Below the pieces are notes generated by a model, which saw only the letters and a list, made by a program, of their open reading frames with translations, was not told where the DNA came from and made no database searches. Source: an uncultured Poribacteria bacterium (lineage in GTDB: Bacteria; Poribacteria; WGA-4E; WGA-3G). From it: a stretch of 64,000 nt of DNA. This document shows positions 39,695 to 49,148 of the stretch, piece after piece. The translations under genes were made by a program, and so were the position numbers. Position 1 is the first letter of the stretch, and each line of letters opens with the position of its first letter. The stretch is taken from NCBI GenBank assembly GCA_958296135.2, contig CATQHZ020000001.1:1824001-1888000 (forward strand), given 5' to 3'.

Positions 39695-40264
39695 TTATTC
39701 AAAAAGTCGCAAGACCTCACAAGAAAAGCCCTTGACGACATCTTCTCCGGTGAGCCTATCTACGTCTGTGAGAAGTGTGAAGTCTTTGCCGGGGCGATAC
39801 ACCTCCACGGTTTTCAGCACCGGGTTAACCACCCAAACCAGCCGGGTGCCGGCCTCAAGATAAGCGAGGACTTTCTCCGAAACCCGCGCCTGTTTATCTG
39901 AAGGTGAGACTACCTCAACGGCCAGATCTGGCGGCACAGGAGAACCCTTGCTCCTGTCCTCCGGCAAACGCTCCATTGAGACAAAGGCGACATCTGGCAC
40001 CAGCACTTGGGTTCCCACCCGGAAACCTGTATCCGATGTGTAGACGCGTCCCAATTGATTTTCACGAACGTGCATGCCTAACGGCACGACAAGATTCGTG
40101 CTAATATCTCCATGTTCCATTGAGGTAGGCGACATTTGCACGACTTCTCCTTTCAGGTATTCATACCCTTCCAAGCCGCTTTCAAGAAATTCCTCCAGCG
40201 TCATCGTGATGTGTGCGGGAGGCGGCATTTCTTGCGCGAACGGGTGAAGTTCGGGTGAATTCAT
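39695..40264 (-). CDS. Uma2-family (DUF820) putative endonuclease
   Basis: MTLEEF, VPDVAFVS, PDLAVEVVSPSD, YLEAGTRLVWVVNP. Confidence 0.92.
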   Translation of the reverse strand: MNSPELHPFAQEMPPPAHITMTLEEFLESGLEGYEYLKGEVVQMSPTSMEHGDISTNLVVPLGMHVRENQLGRVYTSDTGFRVGTQVLVPDVAFVSMERLPEDRSKGSPVPPDLAVEVVSPSDKQARVSEKVLAYLEAGTRLVWVVNPVLKTVEVYRPGKDFTLLTDVDRLTGEDVVKGFSCEVLRLFE

Positions 40265-40353
40265 CCTTTCGTTCCTCCTGAAGATAGCGACAGCGTTGCT
40301 GAGTTGTTTTTTTGCGCGCCCTTCCCAAAGTCAGCGCGAACCGCTATAAATAT

Positions 40354-40473
40354 ATTATACACGCAATTTATCAGGTGTGTCAACTCTTTTTTGAACGCGT
40401 AGATGAAAACACAAAACGGAAAAGTAAGTTGTTCTGAAAAAAGGTTGACATAAATTAGAATTTTCGGTAAAAT
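40354..40473. promoter_or_regulatory. Divergent sigma70-type promoters (Uma2 / DNA methyltransferase)
   Basis: Minus strand: TTGACA-18-TATAAT (40383-40354). Plus strand: TTGACA-17-TAAAAT (40445-40473). Confidence 0.65.
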
Positions 40474-40574
40474 ATGAGTGTTGTAGTAACGAAATTTCAG
40501 CGAACGTTTCGCACAGCGCGTGAACCGCCGCAACCGAAAAGCGGCATCCGGAACGCGCACGTCAGGAAATCACT

Positions 40575-42544
40575 ATGCCAACAAGAACATTCAACGAGAA
40601 ACTCATTGAACGCCTCAAAACTGACGCGCGCTTCGTTGACAACGCTGGCGAACTCATCCCTGCCGCTGTCAAAGACCGCGCCTGGCACCTCGACCCGGGC
40701 CTCCTCACGCTGTTAATGACAGATAAGGAGATTGAGGCACAGTTCTTTGACGAAATTAACGGAAGATGGGTGTTCAATTACAACACCTTCATTACCTACC
40801 TCTCCGATAAAAACTTCCTCGCCAACGCATACACCCGATTCCGAAACAAAATTGGCTTGAACATTGACGACAAGTTTCTGCCTGAACGCAGCGAAGTCGC
40901 ACTCGTCTGGCCCTACAAAGACTGCGTCTTGGAAGGTGGACAGACGCGCCAAGAGGAAAAACGCACCGAGATATTTTTCAACGAACTCCTCGCGCCTGAT
41001 GAGATTAACCGGCTCCTCGCGCCAAAGGTGTTCACACAGTGGAAACGGCACACGCATGCAGGTGCACACCCGATATCTGCCATCAAACGTGGTGAAGATG
41101 GCACGATTCGCGAGAACTTGCTCATCAAGGGGAACAATCTGTTGGCACTGCACTCCCTGAAGTTGCAGTTCCGCGGCAAGGTGAAATGTGTCTACATCGA
41201 TCCGCCCTATAACACCGGCGGCGCAGCGGACAGTTTTACCTATAACAACACCTTTAATCACTCCACGTGGCTCACCTTCATGAGAAATAGATTAGAGGTG
41301 GCGAAGGACTTGCTCCGGCCCGATGGGTTCATCGCTATCGCGATCGACCACCACGAGCTCTTTTATCTCGGTGTGTTGGCCGACGAAGTCTTCGGACGCG
41401 CGAATAGGTTAGCGACAGTTTCGGTGGTTCACCAGGCTCGGGGCCGGAATATGGATAAAGGGTTTTCGACAAGCAACGAATTCATGCTGGTTTACGCCAA
41501 GACCCGCGGAAACAACATCAAAAACGTTGTTATCGACGAAGAAAAGAAAAAGCAGTTCAACCTGAGCGATGAGAAAGGTAACTATTATCTGAAAAATTAC
41601 ATCATGGTCCAAGGGGGGAGCCGGGGATGCACGAGGCAAGATAAGCCTGCATACTGGTATCCTATCTACGTTAGCGAAGACTTAACCGCTGTCTCGTTGG
41701 AAAAAGTGGATGGCTATGAAGAGGTTTTGCCCATAACGAATACGGGGCGGGAAATGACCTGGGTAACGAAACCTGAAACCTTTCTAAAACGGTTTAGCAA
41801 CAATGAAGTTGTCATCAAGAGGGAGAACGGTAAAATCGTCATTTGTAGGAAATTTCGGGAGCAGCAAATAATTCCAACGCATTGGATAGCCCGGAAATAT
41901 AACGCGACCTCTCACGGCACAATGTTGCTAGAAAAAATTATCGGCAAAAGAGGCGTTAGTTATCCCAAATCCCTCTATACCGTCATGGACATCCTGAAAC
42001 TCACGACAGATACCGGCGACATCATCGTGGACTTCTTCGCCGGCTCCGGCACGACAGGACACGCAGTCGTTGAACTTAACAAACGTGAATGGGGGGGGGC
42101 GAAAGGCAGTTTATCCTCGTCGAGCAGTTGGAAGAGCATGTCGCCATCTGCCAAGAGCGGCTTGAAAAGGTTCTTGCGCAAGAGGGGCTTGTCAGCACCG
42201 ACTTCCTCGCCTGTGAACTGATGCCCTACAATGCCGTTTTTGTGGCGCGCATCCAAGCGGCGCGCACGAGCAACGAATTGGTGCAAATCTGGCGTGAGAT
42301 GGCAACGGAGTCGTTCCTCAATTGGTATGTCAATCCTGAGGTTCCTGAAGATGCGGTGGCGGATTTCATCGCTATCGGGGACGTAGCAAAGCAGCAGTCG
42401 CTGCTGATGGAGCTACTGGACAAGAATCAACTCTACGTCAACCTTTCAGAGATGGAGGATGAGGATTTTCAAGTCAGCAATGCGGATAAGGGGCTGAACC
42501 GCGAATTTTATGGAGACGAAGTCATCCCCAGTTTATCCTTGTAG
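40575..42544 (+). CDS. mod: Type III-like (Mod) adenine DNA methyltransferase, split by a frameshift at a G9 tract (42091-42099)
   Basis: NLLIKGNNL, YIDPPYNTG, HSTWLTFMRNRL, YPK, DFFAGSGTT in frame 1. The expected continuation GGERQFILVEQ lies in the -1 frame (ORF 42089-42544). Confidence 0.88.
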
Positions 42545-42688
42545 TTCGGGCTCGCCTGAAGATTCAAAAAAAGAAACAACTCATTTTTTTCGCGGGAGAT
42601 GGGCGGATAGTTAACGACATCCGCCCTGACACACCGCGCGTCCACGCTTGGGACATCATACAGAAAACTGCACGAAAAAGGAGCATTA

Positions 42689-43096
42689 ATGCCACAACAC
42701 TCTAACTACGACAACCTACAAACAGATATCCGTCAACTGAAAACGCCGCCGATTGAGACATGGGAGAACCAATATCCTCATCGCGATTACACAATTGAGA
42801 TGACTCACCTAGAGTTCACTGCTGTCTGCCCCAAAACGGGATTACCTGATTTTGCGACGCTACGCATTACCTACGTGCCAGACAGGCACTGCGTTGAGCT
42901 CAAATCGTTGAAGGAATATCTGCTTTTCTATCGGGATGTCGGCATCTTTCATGAGCATGTCGTCAATAAGGTGCTTGAGGATGTCGTCGCGGCATGTCAG
43001 CCGAGGCGGGTGGAAGTGGTCGGCGATTTTAATGTCCGTGGCGGGATCCAAACGATTGTCAGCGCGCGTTATGAAAAAAATCCGCAAGGGACGTAG
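42689..43096 (+). CDS. queF: NADPH-dependent 7-cyano-7-deazaguanine reductase (type I QueF)
   Basis: EFTAVCPKTGLPDFA, VELKSLKEYL, HEH, FNVRGGI. Confidence 0.95.
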   Translation: MPQHSNYDNLQTDIRQLKTPPIETWENQYPHRDYTIEMTHLEFTAVCPKTGLPDFATLRITYVPDRHCVELKSLKEYLLFYRDVGIFHEHVVNKVLEDVVAACQPRRVEVVGDFNVRGGIQTIVSARYEKNPQGT

Positions 43097-43252
43097 CGCG
43101 AGGGGCCTGGTCTTCGCCAGGCTTGAATTGAGGGCTCGCGAGGGGAACCCTCGGCGATTAGCGATCGCCGGGTTTTCCCTCGCGCTACGGAACACGGGAG
43201 GTGCCGGTCGGGCGATCGCGAGGGACAGGCCCTCGCGCTACGGAACACGGGG
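43093..43252. repeat. Cluster of family-C REP-like palindromes (BIME-like) between convergent genes
   Basis: GTAGCGCGAGGGG at 43093 is inverted relative to CCCTCGCGCTAC at ~43177; direct repeat CCCTCGCGCTACGGAACACGGG x2; full GCGAGGGACAGGCCCTCGCGCTAC at 43218-43241. Confidence 0.8.
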
Positions 43253-43277
43253 CATCCTACGGGCCACGGGACGTTTC

Positions 43278-44306
43278 TTACGCAATCGGCACGGAGCGGC
43301 CTATCCTCGCCGATTCGTAGAGCGCGTCGAAGATTTTCGCTACGTTCAGCACCTCTTCCGCTGGCACTGGTGACGATAACCCCTCGCGAATTGCGGTGTG
43401 GAACGATTTAAATTCACCCGGCAATCCTTTGAGGAGTTCAGGTGTGTAATTCACCATATCGTCTTTCTCGTCAAGGTAGATTTGGAGCGGTTCGTAAGTC
43501 GCGCCCGCCAGCTCTCCCATGAAGAAAGTGCCGCCGATGTTCTCAATATGCGATGCCCACGCTGTCTCTAACGTCACGGTGAGCCCGCCTTCAAAGCGGA
43601 TAGTTCCCATCGCGAAATCTTCCACTTCAAATTGCGCAGGATCCCATTTGCCCCACGGGTTGATAACATCGGCGCGATGTCCGAACTTCTTGGCTGTCAT
43701 GCCAAACGCTTCAACGGGTTTCGGGCAGCCTATCATCCAGAGCAGCACATCAAGGATATGCACGCCGATGTCAATGAGCGGTCCGCCGCCAGCAATCGCT
43801 TTGCTCAGGAACGATGGCGATGCCGGGACACCGCGTCGCCGCATCGCCATCGCGCGGGCGTAGTAGATGTCGCCGAAGAAGCCTTCATCGTAGAGTTTGC
43901 GCAATGTGCGGGATTCAGCGCGGAAGCGGGATTGCAATCCGATCTGGAGCACTTTACCGCTTGCTTTCTGTGCGTCTACCATCGATTGGCCATCAATAGC
44001 GTTACCCGCAATAGGCTTTTCGCAAAGCACGTGTTTGCCAGCGTTGAGTGCGGCGATAGTCGGACCGGCGTGGAAATTGTTCGGCGTGCAGACGCTCACC
44101 GCATCAAGTTCGTCCATCTCAACCAGTTTCTCGTAATCGGTGAAGACATGCGGGATCTCATGCCTTTTGGCGAATGCCTTCGCGCGCGTCTCGTCAATGT
44201 CGCAGGCGGCGATGATCGAAACGCCTTTGACGCTTTGATGACCGGGGAGGTGTTTGCCGCCCGCGATGCCCCCGCAACCGATAATACCGACTTTAATTTC
44301 TTTCAT
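43278..44306 (-). CDS. Gfo/Idh/MocA-family oxidoreductase
   Basis: KVGIIGCGGIA, KHVLCEKP, GGGPLIDIGVHILD. Confidence 0.92.
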   Translation of the reverse strand: MKEIKVGIIGCGGIAGGKHLPGHQSVKGVSIIAACDIDETRAKAFAKRHEIPHVFTDYEKLVEMDELDAVSVCTPNNFHAGPTIAALNAGKHVLCEKPIAGNAIDGQSMVDAQKASGKVLQIGLQSRFRAESRTLRKLYDEGFFGDIYYARAMAMRRRGVPASPSFLSKAIAGGGPLIDIGVHILDVLLWMIGCPKPVEAFGMTAKKFGHRADVINPWGKWDPAQFEVEDFAMGTIRFEGGLTVTLETAWASHIENIGGTFFMGELAGATYEPLQIYLDEKDDMVNYTPELLKGLPGEFKSFHTAIREGLSSPVPAEEVLNVAKIFDALYESARIGRSVPIA

Positions 44307-44413
44307 ATTTTCTCCTTTGTGAATGCATCGGATGCCGGTAGGCGTGCCCTCCAAGCGCGCAGGTGCTATGATGTGCGCGGTTGAAAACCGCTCCTACCGG
44401 GGTTGTTTTGCTC

Positions 44414-45262
44414 TCATTGGAAGACAACTTGCGGAGCCTGTTCCAACCTCAACTGATGCGCCGCCGCCCACTCTGTGCCAGCCCAATGCACACCGTTCGG
44501 GTCGCGGCGGCCCTGCGTATCTTCTGCAGCACCGAGAAACTGCCTACCCAGGTCATTGAGTCGAGAGACGATGGACGCGTCAGGCTGCGGCGTATTATTG
44601 TAATATCGCAGATAATAGTCGGGCTTTACCCAGCGATAATGGTAGCCGTAGATGACAACCTTGGACACGTTCGCGGTGAAATTCAATCCGGCGGCGTGAT
44701 AGATACGGCTTTCAAAGAGGAACGCATCTCCTGCGCGAAGGAGCGGTTCGTCATACTTCGGCGGATCGACTTCGCCTGCAGCGATGCGCAACGGTTCACC
44801 GAGGGTATGACTTTTCCGCACAAACCACGTTGCGCCGGAATTCGGCACGCTGAAATCGGTGAGGCAGTATCCTACCTTCAACCCGACGCGCGGACAGCCT
44901 TCGTGCCCGACATCTAAATGCACGCCAACATCCCGGTGCCAATTGCGGTTTTCAGGCTTCTCCGGGGGCTGTGGGTGTTTATAGATGAGCGCGGTGTTCG
45001 TGATATGGATATTTGTGCCGAGCAGTTGCAGAATGAGCGGCACCGCCTTTGACTGTGTAGTAAGAGCGACGAAGGCGGGTTCTTGCACCAATCCATCGCG
45101 CCGATGCGCGTAGTAGCCGTGGTATTCAAACGCCTCCATGAGCCGGTCACCGGTTTCGGTTAGGCAGCGAATCATCTCGTCATCAATCGCCTCGCGCACG
45201 ATGAGGTAGCCGTTCTCATCAAATTCTTGGCGTTGCGCTGCCGCTAGTTGAACAAATTCCAT
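44414..45262 (-). CDS. PhyH-family 2OG-Fe(II) dioxygenase
   Basis: FDENGYLIV, WHRD, GATWFVRKSH, AGDAFLFESRIYH. Confidence 0.88.
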   Translation of the reverse strand: MEFVQLAAAQRQEFDENGYLIVREAIDDEMIRCLTETGDRLMEAFEYHGYYAHRRDGLVQEPAFVALTTQSKAVPLILQLLGTNIHITNTALIYKHPQPPEKPENRNWHRDVGVHLDVGHEGCPRVGLKVGYCLTDFSVPNSGATWFVRKSHTLGEPLRIAAGEVDPPKYDEPLLRAGDAFLFESRIYHAAGLNFTANVSKVVIYGYHYRWVKPDYYLRYYNNTPQPDASIVSRLNDLGRQFLGAAEDTQGRRDPNGVHWAGTEWAAAHQLRLEQAPQVVFQ

Positions 45263-45347
45263 GAGTCCTCTCCTCAATTTGATAAACGCGTGGAAATATG
45301 TTATCATAAATGCAAATTGATGTCCACCGTTAATTGCGGATAAAAAA

Positions 45348-46514
45348 ATGCGAACGACGTTTATTGGTTTCTTTTTCACCTATCTCTTATTCGTGTCGGA
45401 ACCGGGGAGTCCCTCCTACTGCGACGATGTGAGCGAGGCACAACGCGCTTATCAGGCAGGAATGCAGGCACGCTCCTCAGCGGAGGCTTTTGCCGAATTT
45501 CAGCGCGCGATAGCACTTGAACCATCGTCCGCGGCGGCACACTACCAACTCGGTCTGCTCTATGGACAACAATCGCAGTGGAGCCCGGCGGTTCAAGCGT
45601 TCCAAACTGCTATCCAGTTCGATGCGGATTTCGCCGATGCGCACTGCCGCCTCGGTGAAGCATACCTAATCGGACTGGCGCAGGCAAAAGCTGCAATACC
45701 ACCGCTGAAACGCGCCTTGCAGGTGCAGCCAGATCTGGAACGAGCGCGAAGACTGCTCGGCACCGCCTACCTCCGTCAAAACCGAATTGATGACGCTATC
45801 CAGCACTTGAAGCAGGCATCGGATACAGAAGCGCGGTATCTGCTCGGGCTCGCCTATTTCCAAAAAGGCGCATTTGCACAAGCAATTCCGCACTTTGAAG
45901 CGGTGATTCAACGCGAGAAACGGCACGCGAAAGGACACTTTAATCTTGGGAACTGTTATCTGCGCACCGGCGAAGTCACAAAAGGTCGGAACGCCTTGCG
46001 CACTTTTGAGAAACTGACACAAGAAGAGGAGCAACTCGCCAGCCTTCGTCGGGCAATTCTGGATAGTCCACAACGGTTGGATTTCCGCTATCAACTCGCC
46101 GAGCTCCTCATCAAAAGAGAGGCATGGGATGCCGCTATCGTGGAACTCAAGGCGTGCGTCGCTATCGCGCCGCGCGATGAGAAGGGATATGAACGGCTCG
46201 GCTATATCTATCTGCAAACCGAAACTTACGCTGAAGCGCGTGAAGTATACGGACATCTCGTTGAAACGCGCCCAGACAGCGCGGTGTATCGGAACAGCCT
46301 CGGCGTTGTCTATATGATGCTAGAGAAACCGCGGCAGGCGGTTGTGCAGTTTGAAACAGCTGCGCGCCTTGCTCAGAATAATCCACAAGTTTACCGAAAT
46401 CTGGCGAACGCTTATCGCCACATCGGCGAGCAGGAGAAAGCAGCGCAGGCTTATCAACGCTATCGCGCCGCGGTCTCCCGGTCGCGAAATGAGACACATC
46501 GTGAGCAAAAGTAG
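45348..46514 (+). CDS. Secreted/periplasmic TPR protein
   Basis: Hydrophobic N-terminus and multiple TPRs (AHYQLG, AHCRLG, GHFNLG, YRNSLG, YRNLA). Confidence 0.88.
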   Translation: MRTTFIGFFFTYLLFVSEPGSPSYCDDVSEAQRAYQAGMQARSSAEAFAEFQRAIALEPSSAAAHYQLGLLYGQQSQWSPAVQAFQTAIQFDADFADAHCRLGEAYLIGLAQAKAAIPPLKRALQVQPDLERARRLLGTAYLRQNRIDDAIQHLKQASDTEARYLLGLAYFQKGAFAQAIPHFEAVIQREKRHAKGHFNLGNCYLRTGEVTKGRNALRTFEKLTQEEEQLASLRRAILDSPQRLDFRYQLAELLIKREAWDAAIVELKACVAIAPRDEKGYERLGYIYLQTETYAEAREVYGHLVETRPDSAVYRNSLGVVYMMLEKPRQAVVQFETAARLAQNNPQVYRNLANAYRHIGEQEKAAQAYQRYRAAVSRSRNETHREQK

Positions 46515-48048
46515 ACGCGTCCTCCCGATTGCGAGAGACTCCGCCGACGTATGCGTTATCGGTTCAGGAGCGGGCGGCGCGGTTGTCGCCAAAGAGCTCG
46601 CCGAAGCTGGGCTCTCTGTCGTCATTTTAGAGGCAGGCGAACCTCATGAACCGAGCACCTTCACCGAATATGAACCCGACATGTTGCGTCGCCTTTTCTG
46701 GGATAGCGGCTTACGGCGGACGCGCGACGGTGCTATTATTATCTCGCAAGGTAGAAGTGTCGGCGGTTCGACGGTGCATAATCTTTGTTACGCAGTGAGG
46801 CCGCCGCAGCCGTTATTGGACAGATGGGGACTGCCAGATATCTCTTCTGCATTAGTACGCGTTGAGCAGACGCTTAACGTTAGGCAGGCCGAGGAATCTG
46901 AAGTGAACCCCCTCAACGCTGTCATCCGCCGCGGTTGCGAGGCGATGGGGTGGCGCGGTACTGTGCAACGGCATAATCGCGGCGTGTGCGCGGCGTGCGG
47001 CGCGAGGTGTCTCTTTGGATGCCCAAATTCCACAGCAGGCATCGGCAAACAGAGCATGGCTGTCACCTATATCCCGTTGGCACTTGCAGCTGGCGCGCGA
47101 CTTTATAGTAACTGCCTCGCGGAAGCGGTGCTGGTTGAAAAGGGCAAAACGGTCGGCGTTTCAGCGAACTTACCCTCGGGCCAACTGACTATCCGAAGCA
47201 AGGTGGTTGTTTTAGCCGCCGGAGCGATTAATTCTCCGCAGCTCTGGTTAAAAAGTCGTTTGCCGAATCCAAACGGACAGGTTGGACAAAACCTGCATCT
47301 GCATCCCGCTGTGTTTGTCGGCGGCATTTTTGATGAGATTATTGATGGACACTTCGGCATCCCGCAAAGTTATTATATTGATGAGTTTCTGGATTTGGGA
47401 GACACCCCGGCCGTTGGGAAAACGGGTGAATATAGAAATCCCCCCGGACACTCCGCGCAAGAGTTGGACAGCGGATACCTCCTTATGCCGGCATTTGGCT
47501 CACAGATGATAGTCGCGGCGAGTCTACCGGGGTTTGGCAAAAACCATCGCGAATTGATGGAACGCTACCGCCACATCGCCGCGCTCCTCGTCCTTTTGCA
47601 CGATAGGACAGCGGGGCGCGTGTCCCTCAATCGGGATGGCACGCCGCGCATTACGTATCGTTTGAGCCGCGAGGATAAAGCGGTATTGGTTGAAGGCGCA
47701 ATCAACGCCGCGCGCCTGCTGTTCGCCGCAGGTGCAAGGGACATCCTGATGCCCTACACACAACGCGTGCGTATCCAAACGGAGGCAGACTTGGAAATCA
47801 TTCGCCGGCGCGGTGTTGTGCCAAACGATGTGATGCTGGCATCGAGTCATCCGCAAGGCACCCTCCGCATGGGTGCGGACGCGGCGACTTCTGTCGTCAC
47901 TCTTTCCGGAGAAGCGCGGCCTGTCCGGAACCTCTTTGTCGCCGATGCGAGTCTGTTTCCGGCTTCGATTGGCGTGCCGCCCACGCTGACTATCGCCGCC
48001 CTAGCAGACTATGTCGCGCGACAGATTATCGCGAAGGTGTCGTCATGA
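46501..48048 (+). CDS. GMC-family flavoprotein oxidoreductase
   Basis: DVCVIGSGAGG, GRSVGGSTVHN, VVLAAGAINSPQL, VGQNLHLHP, HPQGTLRMG, NLFVADASLFP, PTLTIAALA. Start placed at GTG 46501. Confidence 0.9.
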   Translation: MSKSRRVLPIARDSADVCVIGSGAGGAVVAKELAEAGLSVVILEAGEPHEPSTFTEYEPDMLRRLFWDSGLRRTRDGAIIISQGRSVGGSTVHNLCYAVRPPQPLLDRWGLPDISSALVRVEQTLNVRQAEESEVNPLNAVIRRGCEAMGWRGTVQRHNRGVCAACGARCLFGCPNSTAGIGKQSMAVTYIPLALAAGARLYSNCLAEAVLVEKGKTVGVSANLPSGQLTIRSKVVVLAAGAINSPQLWLKSRLPNPNGQVGQNLHLHPAVFVGGIFDEIIDGHFGIPQSYYIDEFLDLGDTPAVGKTGEYRNPPGHSAQELDSGYLLMPAFGSQMIVAASLPGFGKNHRELMERYRHIAALLVLLHDRTAGRVSLNRDGTPRITYRLSREDKAVLVEGAINAARLLFAAGARDILMPYTQRVRIQTEADLEIIRRRGVVPNDVMLASSHPQGTLRMGADAATSVVTLSGEARPVRNLFVADASLFPASIGVPPTLTIAALADYVARQIIAKVSS

Positions 48049-49148
48049 TTCACTCGCTTCCACACCTCTCTCTCGGAAACTTTCCAACCCCGGTGCATCG
48101 CCTATCGAACCTAGGGCGCGCCATCGGCATTGACTCACTCTGGATAAAACGCGATGACCTGGGCGGACTGCTAGGCGGCGGCAACAAGGTGCGAAAATTG
48201 GAATACCTGTTCGCGGACGCGCAGAAATCGCGCCCGGGAGATAGTTCCTACCCAACTCTCTTCACAATCGGTCCCACCGGTTCCAATCACGTTCGCGCGA
48301 CAGCAGTTTACGGAAAAGCGGCAGGTTTCCGCGTCGAGTGCCTGCTTTTCCGACAGCCGCCCACCGAATATTCTGAATTGAACTATGAGACAATCTGTGA
48401 ATACGCGGCGGAGATTCAGGAAGTCACGCGCGTAAGCACCCTTTTTGCCCGTTATGCATACCAAAAGACGAAGCACGCCTTTGGCATCGGACCGGAACGT
48501 TATTTCATCACCGCGGGCGGTTCGTCACCGCTCGGTTCTGTCGGATACGTGACAGCTGTCACGGAACTCAAAACGCAGATCGATGAGGGCCTTCTGCCAG
48601 AACCGCGGTTTATCTTCGTTCCTGTTGGCACTTGTGGCACGATGGCGGGCTTGATGGCAGGCGTGCGGCTCGCGGGGTTGCGAAGTCAAGTCGTCGGTAT
48701 CCGCGTATCCGACTGGATAATAGCAAACGCGTGGGCGGTATCCCGAATGGAGCGGCGTATCCTGCGTCTTCTAAGTGCGACAGATGGTGGATTGATGAAC
48801 CCGCGTCCGGTTGAGCTCTGGCATCACGATTTCGGCAAAGGCTACGCCATTCCTACGGAGGCAGGCACGCGCGCCGTAGAAATGATGATGGAACACGAAG
48901 GCATCCTCCTCGAAAATACCTATACCGGCAAGACGTTGGCGGGGCTGGTTCACTATGTGCAGACGCACGGTTGCGAAGATGAACCGGTGCTGTTTTGGCA
49001 TACATACGGCGGAGGTGCTACTTTCCTCCAGCATACCCCTCCCCAATCGCTTCATTCACCGCCACCTGCCAACTATTTTCAAACAGCATCCGAAACGACA
49101 TCGCCGCATCATTCGGACCGGCGGCGTTCATCATGCCATACGAACTAG
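48045..49148 (+). CDS. D-cysteine desulfhydrase/ACC deaminase-family PLP enzyme
   Basis: PTPVHRL, LWIKRDD, GGNKVRKLEYL, SNHVRATA, GTCGT, YTGK, LFWHT. The C-terminal tail overlaps the convergent res gene. Confidence 0.88.
   Translation: MIHSLPHLSLGNFPTPVHRLSNLGRAIGIDSLWIKRDDLGGLLGGGNKVRKLEYLFADAQKSRPGDSSYPTLFTIGPTGSNHVRATAVYGKAAGFRVECLLFRQPPTEYSELNYETICEYAAEIQEVTRVSTLFARYAYQKTKHAFGIGPERYFITAGGSSPLGSVGYVTAVTELKTQIDEGLLPEPRFIFVPVGTCGTMAGLMAGVRLAGLRSQVVGIRVSDWIIANAWAVSRMERRILRLLSATDGGLMNPRPVELWHHDFGKGYAIPTEAGTRAVEMMMEHEGILLENTYTGKTLAGLVHYVQTHGCEDEPVLFWHTYGGGATFLQHTPPQSLHSPPPANYFQTASETTSPHHSDRRRSSCHTN

Noticed and set aside
42545-42688. preQ1 riboswitch upstream of queF
   Set aside because: An A-rich tract is present but there is no recognisable preQ1 stem-loop consensus. 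The GGGCGGAT...ATCCGCCC hairpin matches repeat family B.
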